This document shows, piece after piece, positions 10,674-19,534 of a stretch of 64,000 nucleotides of DNA. Both the position numbers and the translations under genes were made by a program. Each line of letters starts with the position of its first letter. Positions within the stretch are counted from its first letter, which is position 1. The DNA is taken from IMG/VR virus record IMGVR_UViG_3300026292_000003, positions 124,001 to 188,000 of that record. One strand, written 5' to 3'. The notes under the pieces are model-generated. The model did not search any database, was not told the DNA's origin, and saw only the letters and a program-made list of their open reading frames with translations.

Positions 10674-12178
10674 TAGAAAAAGAATATATTGTTACATTAA
10701 AGAAAGACGTTGACTACCAAAAGTTTAACGAAGAAATGGTACAGTCAACTGGTGCTGGTTCTATTCCCAATAGAACAGTAGATGTAGCTGATGCTAGACC
10801 AGGTAGTAAAAGAAATACACACTATGCCTTAACAGAAGCAGAAGTAATTCAATTAAGAAATGATCCTAGAGTAGACGCAGTAGAAATCCCACCAGAACAA
10901 AGAACAGATATTTCACCTGAACCTTTAGCCATACAAAACGGAAATTTTTTAAAAACAACATCTGATGCTGGCAGTTATATGAATTGGGGAATGCGTAGAT
11001 GTATTGAAAGAGATAATCCATATTCAGGCTCAAACCCAAGCAGTAGCCAGTTTGCTTATACACTAGATGGCACAGGAGTAGATATAGTCGTACAAGATAC
11101 TGGTGTACAAGTAGGACACCCTGAATTTGATGATGCAGATGGAAATAGTAGAATACAACAAATAAATTGGTATACAGAAGCTGGAGTAAGCGGATCAATG
11201 CCATCTAGTTTTTATTCAGATTACAATGGTCACGGAACACACGTTACAGGTACAGTAGCAGGTATAAACTATGGCTGGGCTAAAAATGCACGTATCTATT
11301 CAATGAAAATACCTCTAGGTACTGGCGGAAGTGGTATTTCTATTACATCATCATTTGATCTTATAAAATTATGGCATAGAAATAAACCTATCACAAGTAC
11401 AGGATATAGAAGACCAACTATAGTCAATATGAGTTGGGGATATGGAAGAAGTTTTAGTGGTATCACTGGTGGTAATTACAGAGGAACCAGTTGGACAGGA
11501 ACTAGTAAAAGAACTGATTATGGAATGGTAGGAAGTGCATTCTATAGTAGACACCCGGTAAGATTATCAGTCTATGATGCAGATGTTGACGAATTGAATG
11601 ATGAAGGAATACACGTCTGTATAGCGGCAGGTAACTCTAGTCAAAAAATTGACGAAGTTGGCGGTGTTGATTATAACAATTATTATAACACTAGTAATTT
11701 TAGTGGAGGAAGTAGCAGAATATATTATCATAGAGGTGGATCTCCTTTTGGTACAGATGCTATGATGGTTGGTAATCTAGATAGTAATATACACAGTGGT
11801 GGATTAGAACAAAAAGCAAGTTCAAGTGAAACCGGTCCAGGAATTACAGTATATGCACCAGGAACAAATATAATGAGTGCGTGGAAAAGTACAGGCGGAA
11901 TGCCATATCATCTTAATAGTTCACATAGACAAAATAATATCACAGGTACAAGTATGGCAAGTCCACAGGTTTGTGGATTAGGTGCTTGTATACTACAATT
12001 AGAACCTTACCATACTGCTGAATCATTAAAACAGAAGATTAGAAACTTGGCAACCCAAGATAAAATATTTTCAACAGGTCAAGATGACGATTATACTAAC
12101 AGTAGATCCATACTAAATTCGGCGAATAAACTGCTATATACGCCTTTTAACAGTGGTTATCCTATAAAGACAAGTTAA
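10655..12178 (+). CDS. Subtilisin-like S8 serine peptidase with N-terminal prodomain
   Basis: Catalytic triad motifs [21 protein letters not shown] and oxyanion AAGN. Confidence 0.92.
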   Translation: MGELKLIEKEYIVTLKKDVDYQKFNEEMVQSTGAGSIPNRTVDVADARPGSKRNTHYALTEAEVIQLRNDPRVDAVEIPPEQRTDISPEPLAIQNGNFLKTTSDAGSYMNWGMRRCIERDNPYSGSNPSSSQFAYTLDGTGVDIVVQDTGVQVGHPEFDDADGNSRIQQINWYTEAGVSGSMPSSFYSDYNGHGTHVTGTVAGINYGWAKNARIYSMKIPLGTGGSGISITSSFDLIKLWHRNKPITSTGYRRPTIVNMSWGYGRSFSGITGGNYRGTSWTGTSKRTDYGMVGSAFYSRHPVRLSVYDADVDELNDEGIHVCIAAGNSSQKIDEVGGVDYNNYYNTSNFSGGSSRIYYHRGGSPFGTDAMMVGNLDSNIHSGGLEQKASSSETGPGITVYAPGTNIMSAWKSTGGMPYHLNSSHRQNNITGTSMASPQVCGLGACILQLEPYHTAESLKQKIRNLATQDKIFSTGQDDDYTNSRSILNSANKLLYTPFNSGYPIKTS

Positions 12179-12231
12179 TGTACATAGAAGTAAAAAACAT
12201 TGAAAAAACCAATAAAAATAACATTTCTTGG

Positions 12232-12260
12232 TTGACAAAAGAAGCTCTTGCTTGTATATT
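12232..12260 (+). promoter_or_regulatory. sigma70-type early promoter
   Basis: TTGACA-17 bp-TATATT. Confidence 0.75.
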
Positions 12261-12291
12261 AATACTAATAAACAATTAATGGAAGGTAATT

Positions 12292-12675
12292 ATGACTAGA
12301 ATAATTTTTACAATGGCAGTGATATTAGGAATGGCAGGTTCAGCAAATGCTGAATTTAATCCAAAAAATCCTAAAGCATTAATGTGTTCACCGTTTTTTG
12401 CAACGGCGTCAGTAAATGGCGTACACAATCAAGAAATGAGTGATAGCATACTTAAACAAAGTTATGAAAAAGGTGAATATCAGTTATGGCTATATACACC
12501 GGAATATACAATGATTAAAGATTCTAAACCACCACATCATACGTGGATAGGTGTAAAATCTGAAAATGGTGTTACTACAGTAGCTGAAATGAATTTCGTT
12601 TCAATGTATCACACTATAACATCAACGGCAGGTAACAACGTAGGTATACTTGTTAATAAATGCGAAAAAAGATAG
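12292..12675 (+). CDS. Secreted/periplasmic hypothetical protein
   Basis: N-terminal signal peptide ending SANA; GGAAGG RBS. Confidence 0.7.
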   Translation: MTRIIFTMAVILGMAGSANAEFNPKNPKALMCSPFFATASVNGVHNQEMSDSILKQSYEKGEYQLWLYTPEYTMIKDSKPPHHTWIGVKSENGVTTVAEMNFVSMYHTITSTAGNNVGILVNKCEKR

Positions 12676-12713
12676 GCAACTAAAGGCTAATATAAGTAAT
12701 AGAGTAAAATAAT

Positions 12714-12995
12714 ATGAGAGCAACAAAATACGAAGACGGGATTAAACGGATCAAAGCTAAGATCGAAGTACCAATGTGTGTCGACGATGTTAGTAAATAT
12801 ATCCTGAGTGCTCTTACTAGTAATATTGTAGATTTAGCAAAAATTCAGAAACTTAACAAAAGAGAATTATTGCAATTAGCAAAAGACGAAGTAAGGCATA
12901 AAGGAACCGGTAAAATTTCTATTGAAACTGTTGACAATGATACAAAAGTTATAGTAAAGAACTATGTAAAGCAGATGTTTCCTGAGTTACAATAG
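12714..12995 (+). CDS. Hypothetical protein
   Basis: 93 aa ORF. Confidence 0.7.
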   Translation: MRATKYEDGIKRIKAKIEVPMCVDDVSKYILSALTSNIVDLAKIQKLNKRELLQLAKDEVRHKGTGKISIETVDNDTKVIVKNYVKQMFPELQ

Positions 12996-13204
12996 TGGGC
13001 GACGACTTAGACATTCTAGACAGATATGAGAAACTGGCTAACGATATTAATGACATATATCAAAAGTCAGAAGATCTTGTAAGCAGTTACACTTATGATG
13101 ATGAACGAGATACGTTCATTGATCCCTGGTCTCAAATGGAAGATGTACTTGGAGTAGATATATTACTGCAAGTGGCAAAGGTTAATAGACAAGTTCAAAA
13201 CTGA
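12995..13204 (+). CDS. Hypothetical acidic protein
   Basis: 69 aa, GTG start overlapping the upstream stop. Confidence 0.6.
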   Translation: MGDDLDILDRYEKLANDINDIYQKSEDLVSSYTYDDERDTFIDPWSQMEDVLGVDILLQVAKVNRQVQN

Positions 13205-13218
13205 ACTAATTAAATTAT

Positions 13219-13294
13219 GCCGTTATAGCTCAGCTGGTAGAGCAACTGATTTGTAATCAGTAGGTCCGCGGTTCGAATCCGTGTAACGGCACCA
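13219..13294 (+). tRNA. tRNA-Thr(UGU)
   Basis: Cloverleaf with acceptor gccgtta/taacggc, loop tttgtaa, TTCGAAT and encoded CCA. Confidence 0.97.
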
Positions 13295-13304
13295 TCAAGT
13301 ATTT

Positions 13305-13389
13305 GCCCTTGTGGTGGAATTGGTAGACACGTAGGTCTTAGGAACCTATGCTTCACGGCGTAAGAGTTCGAGTCTCTTCGAGGGCACCA
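13305..13389 (+). tRNA. tRNA-Leu(UAG)
   Basis: Cloverleaf with long variable arm, loop cttagga and CCA. Confidence 0.97.
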
Positions 13390-13390
13390 A

Positions 13391-13530
13391 ATCGGGTTGT
13401 GCCGTAATACACACGTTTAACACTCACGGTTAAGTGTTAAGGACTATAACGAGACGGACGACTTACACTAGTAACAAAAAACATACACAAAGGATAAAAC
13501 AGGACCGGGCCCTTTTGAAATAAGCCCAAC
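13391..13530 (+). ncRNA. Candidate structured RNA downstream of the tRNA pair
   Basis: Non-coding; hairpins tgtg/caca, ttaacact/agtgttaa and gggc/gccc; complementary loops ccgt and acgg. Confidence 0.35.
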
Positions 13531-13647
13531 GTAGGACATACACAAAACTAAATATAATTATAAAAAGAATTTACAAGAAGTAAAGGAGACATTGAAGTAA
13601 GCACTCAAGTAGGTTTATAAACGGTGTGTAGCATAAGAAAGGAATTT

Positions 13648-13854
13648 ATGTTGAAAGAAGTAATGATAAATGCGGCGAAGAAACACGCCGAAGCAGAAAT
13701 TGACCTTCATAAAGCCAACATAGAAGTCTATATGCAACAAGTGGTTGGAATTGGTGAACATTCAGATATTATTGAAACGATCCAAAAAGAATTAGACAAA
13801 ATGGCTATGGCACATGATAGACTTGAGATGCTTAATAAGTATTTCAATGCATAA
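13648..13854 (+). CDS. Conserved marine-phage hypothetical protein
   Basis: AAAGGA RBS then ATG 13648; VGIGEHSDI motif. Confidence 0.75.
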   Translation: MLKEVMINAAKKHAEAEIDLHKANIEVYMQQVVGIGEHSDIIETIQKELDKMAMAHDRLEMLNKYFNA

Positions 13855-13860
13855 AAATTT

Positions 13861-13892
13861 AAGTTAACACATTTTTGTGTGTTAACTTTTCT
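13861..13892 (+). terminator. Putative intrinsic terminator or processing hairpin
   Basis: aagttaacac/gtgttaactt 10-bp stem followed by tttctt, just before tRNA-Ala. Confidence 0.5.
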
Positions 13893-13895
13893 TAT

Positions 13896-13971
13896 GGGGG
13901 ATTAGCTCAGTAGGGAGAGCGCCTGATTTGCATTCAGGAGGTCGCAGGTTCGATTCCTGTATCCTCCACCA
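13896..13971 (+). tRNA. tRNA-Ala(UGC)
   Basis: Cloverleaf with G3-U70, loop tttgcat and CCA. Confidence 0.97.
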
Positions 13972-13989
13972 ACTTTTAAGAGAACTATT

Positions 13990-14097
13990 TTGCCTTTTTA
14001 TACAGAACGTATTACAATTTATAAAGAACCTAAGCCAAAGTGGCCTTGGGTAGTAGTGGCAATTTTAATAATAATGGTAGTATTATGGATATTATAA
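13990..14097 (+). CDS. Small single-TM peptide (not in ORF track)
   Basis: TTG start; MPFYTERITIYKEPKPKWPWVVVAILIIMVVLWIL; overlaps the next start. Confidence 0.5.
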   Translation: MPFYTERITIYKEPKPKWPWVVVAILIIMVVLWIL

Positions 14098-15029
14098 TTT
14101 ATCAAAATAACACAGGATCAGCACCAGCAATTAATTGGTGGCTATCACAAGAACTAAACATAGGTCCAGAGTTTTATGCATTTAATGATGGATATTGTAG
14201 ACCTAGAGGACATCATGTAGGAGGAGTAGTAATTGAAGATAGTAACTCACCTTACCACGAAAAGCATAGAGAATCAATTAACTTATTAGAATCACAAAAT
14301 GAAGAATCAAATCACGAAACACAACACCTTGTAGTAAATGGTAAATTAACAAAACCAGAAATAAAACAACAAGGAACTATAGATGTAACAAAACCTTTTA
14401 TTAAAGATAAAAGTAAATTTGATTATTTTGTTTGGAGTAATTATGGTGGCAATTTAGTTAATCCTGAAACTATAATTAAAGCAGATAAAACTTTATTAGT
14501 TGATAATAGTGTAGCAGAACAATTATTTTTTTATATAAGTCAATATGCTTTCGCTTGGATTGAAACACCTGATGACATATCAGAACAAACAGAATCGTGG
14601 ATACAAGAACATCCTAGTATTAATAATTGGAAAGAAATATGGTATAAAAAACACCACAACAATGTTCTTGCAAAATGGAAAGATGGTGACTTAAAATATA
14701 TGTGGCAATTAAACTTTGCTCACAATGATTTAAGAACTGCTATAGAAAATGGTAAAGAAGATATTGAATTTATTAATGCAGATGATCATCAAAGATTATT
14801 TGAAGTAAAAAAACAAGAAGAAGATTTTTCAGAAACACTTTTCTCATATACAAATAAAGAAGTAGATCATATTGTTGTAGGAGATGATTGGTTTACTAAA
14901 ACAGAAGACATTATGGCATATTTGGGAATAGTTAATTCATTTAGATTAAAAAAGTTCTTAATTGATTACATCAAAGTGTATAAACAAAAGAAACAGTTAT
15001 ATACAGACACCTTCTCAAAATATCTATAA
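14085..15029 (+). CDS. Hypothetical protein
   Basis: ATG 14085 preferred over GTG 14040. Confidence 0.7.
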   Translation: MDIIIYQNNTGSAPAINWWLSQELNIGPEFYAFNDGYCRPRGHHVGGVVIEDSNSPYHEKHRESINLLESQNEESNHETQHLVVNGKLTKPEIKQQGTIDVTKPFIKDKSKFDYFVWSNYGGNLVNPETIIKADKTLLVDNSVAEQLFFYISQYAFAWIETPDDISEQTESWIQEHPSINNWKEIWYKKHHNNVLAKWKDGDLKYMWQLNFAHNDLRTAIENGKEDIEFINADDHQRLFEVKKQEEDFSETLFSYTNKEVDHIVVGDDWFTKTEDIMAYLGIVNSFRLKKFLIDYIKVYKQKKQLYTDTFSKYL

Positions 15030-15043
15030 ATAAACAAGATTAT

Positions 15044-15119
15044 TCCTCGATAGCTCAGTTGGTAGAGCAGTTGACTGTTAATCAATTGGTCGCAGGTTCG
15101 AGTCCTGCTCGAGGAGCCA
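15044..15119 (+). tRNA. tRNA-Asn(GUU)
   Basis: Cloverleaf, loop ctgttaa, CCA; TATAAATA at 15025. Confidence 0.97.
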
Positions 15120-15120
15120 G

Positions 15121-15195
15121 GCGGGCGTAGCTCAGTGGTAGAGCGATTCGTTGCCAACGAATAGGTCGTCGGTTCGACCCCGATCGCCCGCTCCA
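15121..15195 (+). tRNA. tRNA-Gly(GCC)
   Basis: Cloverleaf, loop ttgccaa, U73 discriminator, CCA. Confidence 0.96.
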
Positions 15196-15201
15196 AATTT
15201 T

Positions 15202-15278
15202 GGCTCTGTAGCTCAGTTGGTTAGAGCATCCGACTCATATTCGGAAGGTCAGAAGTTCGAATCTTCTCAGAGCTACCA
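15202..15278 (+). tRNA. tRNA(CAU): elongator Met or Ile2
   Basis: Cloverleaf, loop ctcatat; lacks initiator features (no C1-A72, no three G-C pairs in the anticodon stem). Confidence 0.93.
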
Positions 15279-15307
15279 AACCGATAAATACATTATAGGA
15301 AAAAATA

Positions 15308-15784
15308 ATGAGAAACATTTATATAATATTAATTTTATCAGCAGTACTTACAATACTTCATTTGTTATATGCTCCAGCAATAGCAAAAGAAATAGAAATG
15401 AAAGTATACAATTACGAAATCACAAGAGTAATTGATGGAGACACAGTAGCATTTGCGGCACCATTTCTTCCAGCACCACTTAAACAAGAATTAAGTATAA
15501 GAGTATATGGAGTTGATACTCCAGAAAAAGGTTGGAGAGCAGAATGTGAGTCAGAAGCAAAATGGGGTGAAAAAGCTTCGCAGTTTACTAAAGATCAATT
15601 AAACAATGCTAAAAAATTACAAGTAGCCATTGCTAAATGGGATAAATTTGGTGGTAGAGTTTTAGGTGATATTATCATTGATGGCAAAAGTCTTAGACGT
15701 ATGCTTATTGAAAATGGATTTGCCAGAGAATATTACGGTGACAAAAAAGAAACTTGGTGTAAGCCAAAAAGACAAAAATCTTAG
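15308..15784 (+). CDS. Staphylococcal nuclease (SNase)-like protein with N-terminal TM/signal
   Basis: VIDGDT, IRVYGVDTPE and DKFGGRVLG. Confidence 0.9.
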   Translation: MRNIYIILILSAVLTILHLLYAPAIAKEIEMKVYNYEITRVIDGDTVAFAAPFLPAPLKQELSIRVYGVDTPEKGWRAECESEAKWGEKASQFTKDQLNNAKKLQVAIAKWDKFGGRVLGDIIIDGKSLRRMLIENGFAREYYGDKKETWCKPKRQKS

Positions 15785-15786
15785 TA

Positions 15787-15815
15787 TTGACATCTAATCA
15801 AAACAATAGTATAAT
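15787..15815 (+). promoter_or_regulatory. Consensus sigma70 promoter for tRNA-Asp/Glu
   Basis: TTGACA-17 bp-TATAAT. Confidence 0.85.
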
Positions 15816-15829
15816 AATAACTTAATTTA

Positions 15830-15906
15830 GGGGGTGTAGCTCAGTTGGTTAGAGCGCCTGCCTGTCACGCAGGAGGTCGAGGGTTCGAGTCCCTTCACTC
15901 TCGCCA
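15830..15906 (+). tRNA. tRNA-Asp(GUC)
   Basis: Cloverleaf, loop ctgtcac, G73, CCA. Confidence 0.96.
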
Positions 15907-15911
15907 CAAAT

Positions 15912-15986
15912 GGTCCCTTCGTCTATCGGTTAGGACACATGGTTTTCATCCATGAAAGAGGAGTTCGATTCTCCTAGGGACTACCA
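15912..15986 (+). tRNA. tRNA-Glu(UUC)
   Basis: Cloverleaf, Glu-type D-arm gtcta..ggac, loop ttttcat, CCA. Confidence 0.95.
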
Positions 15987-16038
15987 AAATTTAGAATTTC
16001 ATAAATAACATATAATAACTCCAAAGGAAATTCTAAAT

Positions 16039-16284
16039 ATGAAGATACGTTACTATCATAAGATTGACGGCTTTAGATGGGCTGGTTTTATATTGGCCAT
16101 GTTAAGTGCATATCTATTGAGTGGTGGTAATGCTGAAGTTCAATGGGTAGGTTGGGGTGTAGCTTGTTTTTCTTGTACCATATGGTTATATATGGGATAT
16201 AAAGACAAAGACATACCTAGAGCTTTAATGGAACTGATGTATTTGTGTCTTGCAATTAGAGGAATAATAAACTGGTTACAATGA
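16039..16284 (+). CDS. Small three-TM membrane protein
   Basis: Three hydrophobic helices; resembles 32409..32684. Confidence 0.7.
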   Translation: MKIRYYHKIDGFRWAGFILAMLSAYLLSGGNAEVQWVGWGVACFSCTIWLYMGYKDKDIPRALMELMYLCLAIRGIINWLQ

Positions 16285-16970
16285 AAAATATAGAATGCCA
16301 CCTGTGTGTACACAGTCAAGGGTATTATGGTAATTTATTTGTCTGGTTCTTTAACTTACACAAAGGACTTTTACCTGCACCTTTACGTCCACGACTAACG
16401 GTGAAAAGCAATGCAGATGATCAAGGAGACTACAGTAAAGAAAACTTTGCTAAAGGGTTCTTTCATTTTAGACCTGATGATTATCATAAATGGTTTGTAG
16501 AAGATAATACTTGGGAAGAATTTTTAGAAAGTATTAGTAACAGACAAAAAGAACATGATTGGTTGCCTGAACTTAATTTTAATAAGATAGTATTAAAAAC
16601 ACATATTCACGCACCACATAAATTATATAAATTAGATTTATATAAAAAAATTAATCCAACAGTTATATATAATTTAACAGTTGATAGAAGTAATACAGAA
16701 TTTTTTGAAAAACTTGTTAATAGATTAAGATTATTAAATACACATAACGATCATGTAAGTACTTCTTTTTTATTAGAACAATATGATATTGCAAGTGAAG
16801 CTATAAACAATATTAGAAAAAATTATACAGTATGTGATGTAGATGTAGATAAACTTTTATTTAAGTATGATATAGAAGAATATAAAAAAGTTTTAAAGTA
16901 TTTAAATACACACCCTGTAGATAAATGGAATTATAAATTAAAATATGCAAAGGAATTAATAGGTGAATAA
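16281..16970 (+). CDS. Hypothetical protein, sulfotransferase/P-loop-like paralogue family
   Basis: N-terminal HSQGYYGNLFVWFFNLH and C-terminal DVDKLLF..EY..L...P...W shared with paralogues. Confidence 0.55.
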   Translation: MKNIECHLCVHSQGYYGNLFVWFFNLHKGLLPAPLRPRLTVKSNADDQGDYSKENFAKGFFHFRPDDYHKWFVEDNTWEEFLESISNRQKEHDWLPELNFNKIVLKTHIHAPHKLYKLDLYKKINPTVIYNLTVDRSNTEFFEKLVNRLRLLNTHNDHVSTSFLLEQYDIASEAINNIRKNYTVCDVDVDKLLFKYDIEEYKKVLKYLNTHPVDKWNYKLKYAKELIGE

Positions 16971-17691
16971 AACAGAATGTCATTTGCTTATGCATACGGC
17001 TTGTATGAGTGGTAATATGTTTTTATGGTTTATGTCACAACATGATGGATTCTTAGATGGCCAATGTTGGGGTAGAGACAGAATGATAGATAAGTTTTGG
17101 GGACAAAAATCTGAAAAACCTTTACACTTCTCAGTTGAACTTCATAATCTTTGGAAAGTAGTAAAAGGAGAATCAAGAAATACTCCTCACTTACACACAA
17201 ACAATGATACAATAGGTTGGGATGAACACGTTATATATTCGTACATAACTGCCAGTAAAGAAAAAGGAAGAATTAAAAACGTAAAAACTTTTACTAAAAT
17301 TGCCTGTAAGCCTAATTTGTTACACAATGTTAAAGAATGTATGAAAGAAGGTGGCATTGAGCAAATATTTAATAAAGTAACACCAGAATGTTTGTATCTA
17401 TTAGATTGTGAAAACCCAGAACATTTTCAAAGAATAGTTGAAAGAGCAAACAGACTAAGACCGTATGGTGAGTTAAAGAATAAATTATTGTTAGAAGATA
17501 ATTTGGAAGGGCAACGTGAACAAACAGAATTTTTAAAAAAGCATTGTTCTGTATGTACAGTTGATATAGGAAAATTAATGTTTGACTATGATGACAAAGA
17601 ATACAATAAGGTTGCTGAAGCATTAAATTCAAACCCATTAAGAAATTGGAAAGAATTAATTAAGGATAAAATGGACGTATACGATGGCTAA
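16963..17691 (+). CDS. Hypothetical protein, same paralogue family
   Basis: HTACMSGNMFLWFMSQH ... DIGKLMF..EY...P..NW. Confidence 0.55.
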   Translation: MNKTECHLLMHTACMSGNMFLWFMSQHDGFLDGQCWGRDRMIDKFWGQKSEKPLHFSVELHNLWKVVKGESRNTPHLHTNNDTIGWDEHVIYSYITASKEKGRIKNVKTFTKIACKPNLLHNVKECMKEGGIEQIFNKVTPECLYLLDCENPEHFQRIVERANRLRPYGELKNKLLLEDNLEGQREQTEFLKKHCSVCTVDIGKLMFDYDDKEYNKVAEALNSNPLRNWKELIKDKMDVYDG

Positions 17692-18466
17692 AATAAAAGA
17701 AAGAGTATTAGAAGTAAAGCATTATACTGACACATTGTTTTACTTTAAAACAACAAGAGACCCAGGCACTAGATTTATTGATGGTGAATTTATGATGGTA
17801 GGGTTAGATAATTGGTCAGAAAAATTACAAAGAAATAAGCCTATTATGAGAGCTTATAGTGTAGTAAGCCCTAATCATCAAGAACATTTAGAGTTCTATA
17901 GTATTAAAATTCCAGATGGACCACTAACTAGTAAGTTAAAAGATATTAAAATTGGTGACGAAATTGAAGTAAATACAAAAAGTACAGGAACATTAATTAA
18001 TCAAAATATGTTACCTGGACGTAACTTATACTTGATGGCTACAGGTACTGGTATAGCACCATTTATGAGTATTGCTAGAGGATTAGATACTTATAAACAT
18101 TATGAAAAGGTTATTATAGTATGGGGAGCAAGATATTTAAAAGAACTACCTTTTAAAGAATATTTAGAAGGGTTGAACGATGATCCAATATATGGACAGA
18201 TAACACAAAACAAACTTTGTACATATATGACCACTACACGTGAGGAAAGTGAAAACGAAGGACGAGTTACAACCGCACTATACGAAGGTAAGATTCAAAA
18301 GAAACTAGGGCTAGAACCGTTAGATGCGGAAAACGATAGAGTCATGATTTGCGGTTCAATGCCTATGAATTTAGAATTACAAGAATTCTTAGAAGATAAA
18401 GGATTCAAAGAAGGCACCATGAAGGAGCCTGGTACATATGTACTAGAAAAGGCATTTGTAGGATAG
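17684..18466 (+). CDS. fpr: Ferredoxin/flavodoxin-NADP+ reductase (bacterial FPR)
   Basis: RAYS, GPLT, TGTGIAPF, MICGS and C-terminal EKAF. Confidence 0.92.
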   Translation: MAKIKERVLEVKHYTDTLFYFKTTRDPGTRFIDGEFMMVGLDNWSEKLQRNKPIMRAYSVVSPNHQEHLEFYSIKIPDGPLTSKLKDIKIGDEIEVNTKSTGTLINQNMLPGRNLYLMATGTGIAPFMSIARGLDTYKHYEKVIIVWGARYLKELPFKEYLEGLNDDPIYGQITQNKLCTYMTTTREESENEGRVTTALYEGKIQKKLGLEPLDAENDRVMICGSMPMNLELQEFLEDKGFKEGTMKEPGTYVLEKAFVG

Positions 18467-18476
18467 GAGTATAAAA

Positions 18477-19196
18477 ATGAGAACAGAAGAAGATAAAGAG
18501 AAGGTACTTGATAGATATAAACCTACCAAATATATGGTTGGTGCTGTCACGCCAGCAATGATTGAATACTTGTTAGATCATTTTCGTGGCTCTGAAAAAA
18601 TTATAAAATATAAAGAAGCTGGATCAAAAGGACCTGTAGTAATGAATTACAGTCCTGACAGAGAAGGTCCTAAAGAATGGTTTGAACCAGTACAAGAATT
18701 AGTATGGGATATATTAGGATCAAACTGTTATGTATGGGGAAGTAATATATTTAGAGTAGAGAAACCGCATATTGCACACAATGATGATTATCACGAAAAA
18801 ATTTATCCTATATATAAAACGTTAGTATTACCTTTAGAAATAAGTAAACCAACAAACTTTATAACATTTGATCAAGCATATTTAGACGGACCTGTTAAGT
18901 TATTTAGAGGATACGATCCTATACCAGAAAGTTTTTATAATAAGAGTTTAACAGATTATTCAAATATTGTTAATTATACTGATAAACCTTTTGATAAAGA
19001 AACACACGAGAAATATTTGTCTCATATACCAATTGAAGCATTGCATGGTTTAACTGTAGAAAAGGTAGTACCTTGGGTACCAGGAAATGCTATTGTATTT
19101 GATATGGGTAGAATACATTCAGCATCAAACTTTGTAGCTGAAGGTATAAGTCATAAGATAGGTTACAGTATATTTACTGCCAAAGATTTTAACTAA
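18477..19196 (+). CDS. 2OG-Fe(II) oxygenase-like protein
   Basis: HND (HxD) and distal IHSA; VFDMGRIH and KIGYSIF. Confidence 0.65.
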   Translation: MRTEEDKEKVLDRYKPTKYMVGAVTPAMIEYLLDHFRGSEKIIKYKEAGSKGPVVMNYSPDREGPKEWFEPVQELVWDILGSNCYVWGSNIFRVEKPHIAHNDDYHEKIYPIYKTLVLPLEISKPTNFITFDQAYLDGPVKLFRGYDPIPESFYNKSLTDYSNIVNYTDKPFDKETHEKYLSHIPIEALHGLTVEKVVPWVPGNAIVFDMGRIHSASNFVAEGISHKIGYSIFTAKDFN

Positions 19197-19281
19197 ATAG
19201 TATAGTAGGTTATTTTGGCCCGGGATTGAAAATCTTATAGGACAAAAGCCAGCGGAAGAGACCTATTTAGTGGAGAAGAAG

Positions 19282-19533
19282 ATGAGTTTAATAGGACACA
19301 ACTCAAAAACTAAATTAATAATAGATATTACTGATATCTATGATCAACGTGACAGAAAGAAAAAAGAATTAAAGTTCTACACTTTAGAACTTGAAAAACT
19401 AATGGCAAAGTTAGGTATGATACAACAAGACATTGGTGTAACAGAAACTATTATTAGATTAATAGAAAACGAACAAATACTTGATTTACAAGAAGCCATA
19501 AGAGAAAAAAGAAGATTAAAACCAAAGGAATAA
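19282..19533 (+). CDS. Hypothetical coiled-coil protein
   Basis: GGAG RBS then ATG 19282; begins MSLIGHNS. Confidence 0.7.
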   Translation: MSLIGHNSKTKLIIDITDIYDQRDRKKKELKFYTLELEKLMAKLGMIQQDIGVTETIIRLIENEQILDLQEAIREKRRLKPKE

Positions 19534-19534
19534 A

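Noticed and set aside
13440-13650. CsrB/RsmZ-like sRNA (several GGA motifs)
   Set aside because: Enrichment is modest, the motifs are mostly not in hairpin loops, and the likely alphaproteobacterial host generally lacks CsrA
15202-15278. Initiator tRNA-fMet call
   Set aside because: Lacks the C1-A72 mismatch and the three consecutive G-C anticodon-stem pairs
14966-15435. ORFs 14966..15196 (-) and 15151..15435 (+)
   Set aside because: They overlap the tRNA-Asn/Gly/CAU genes and are shadows
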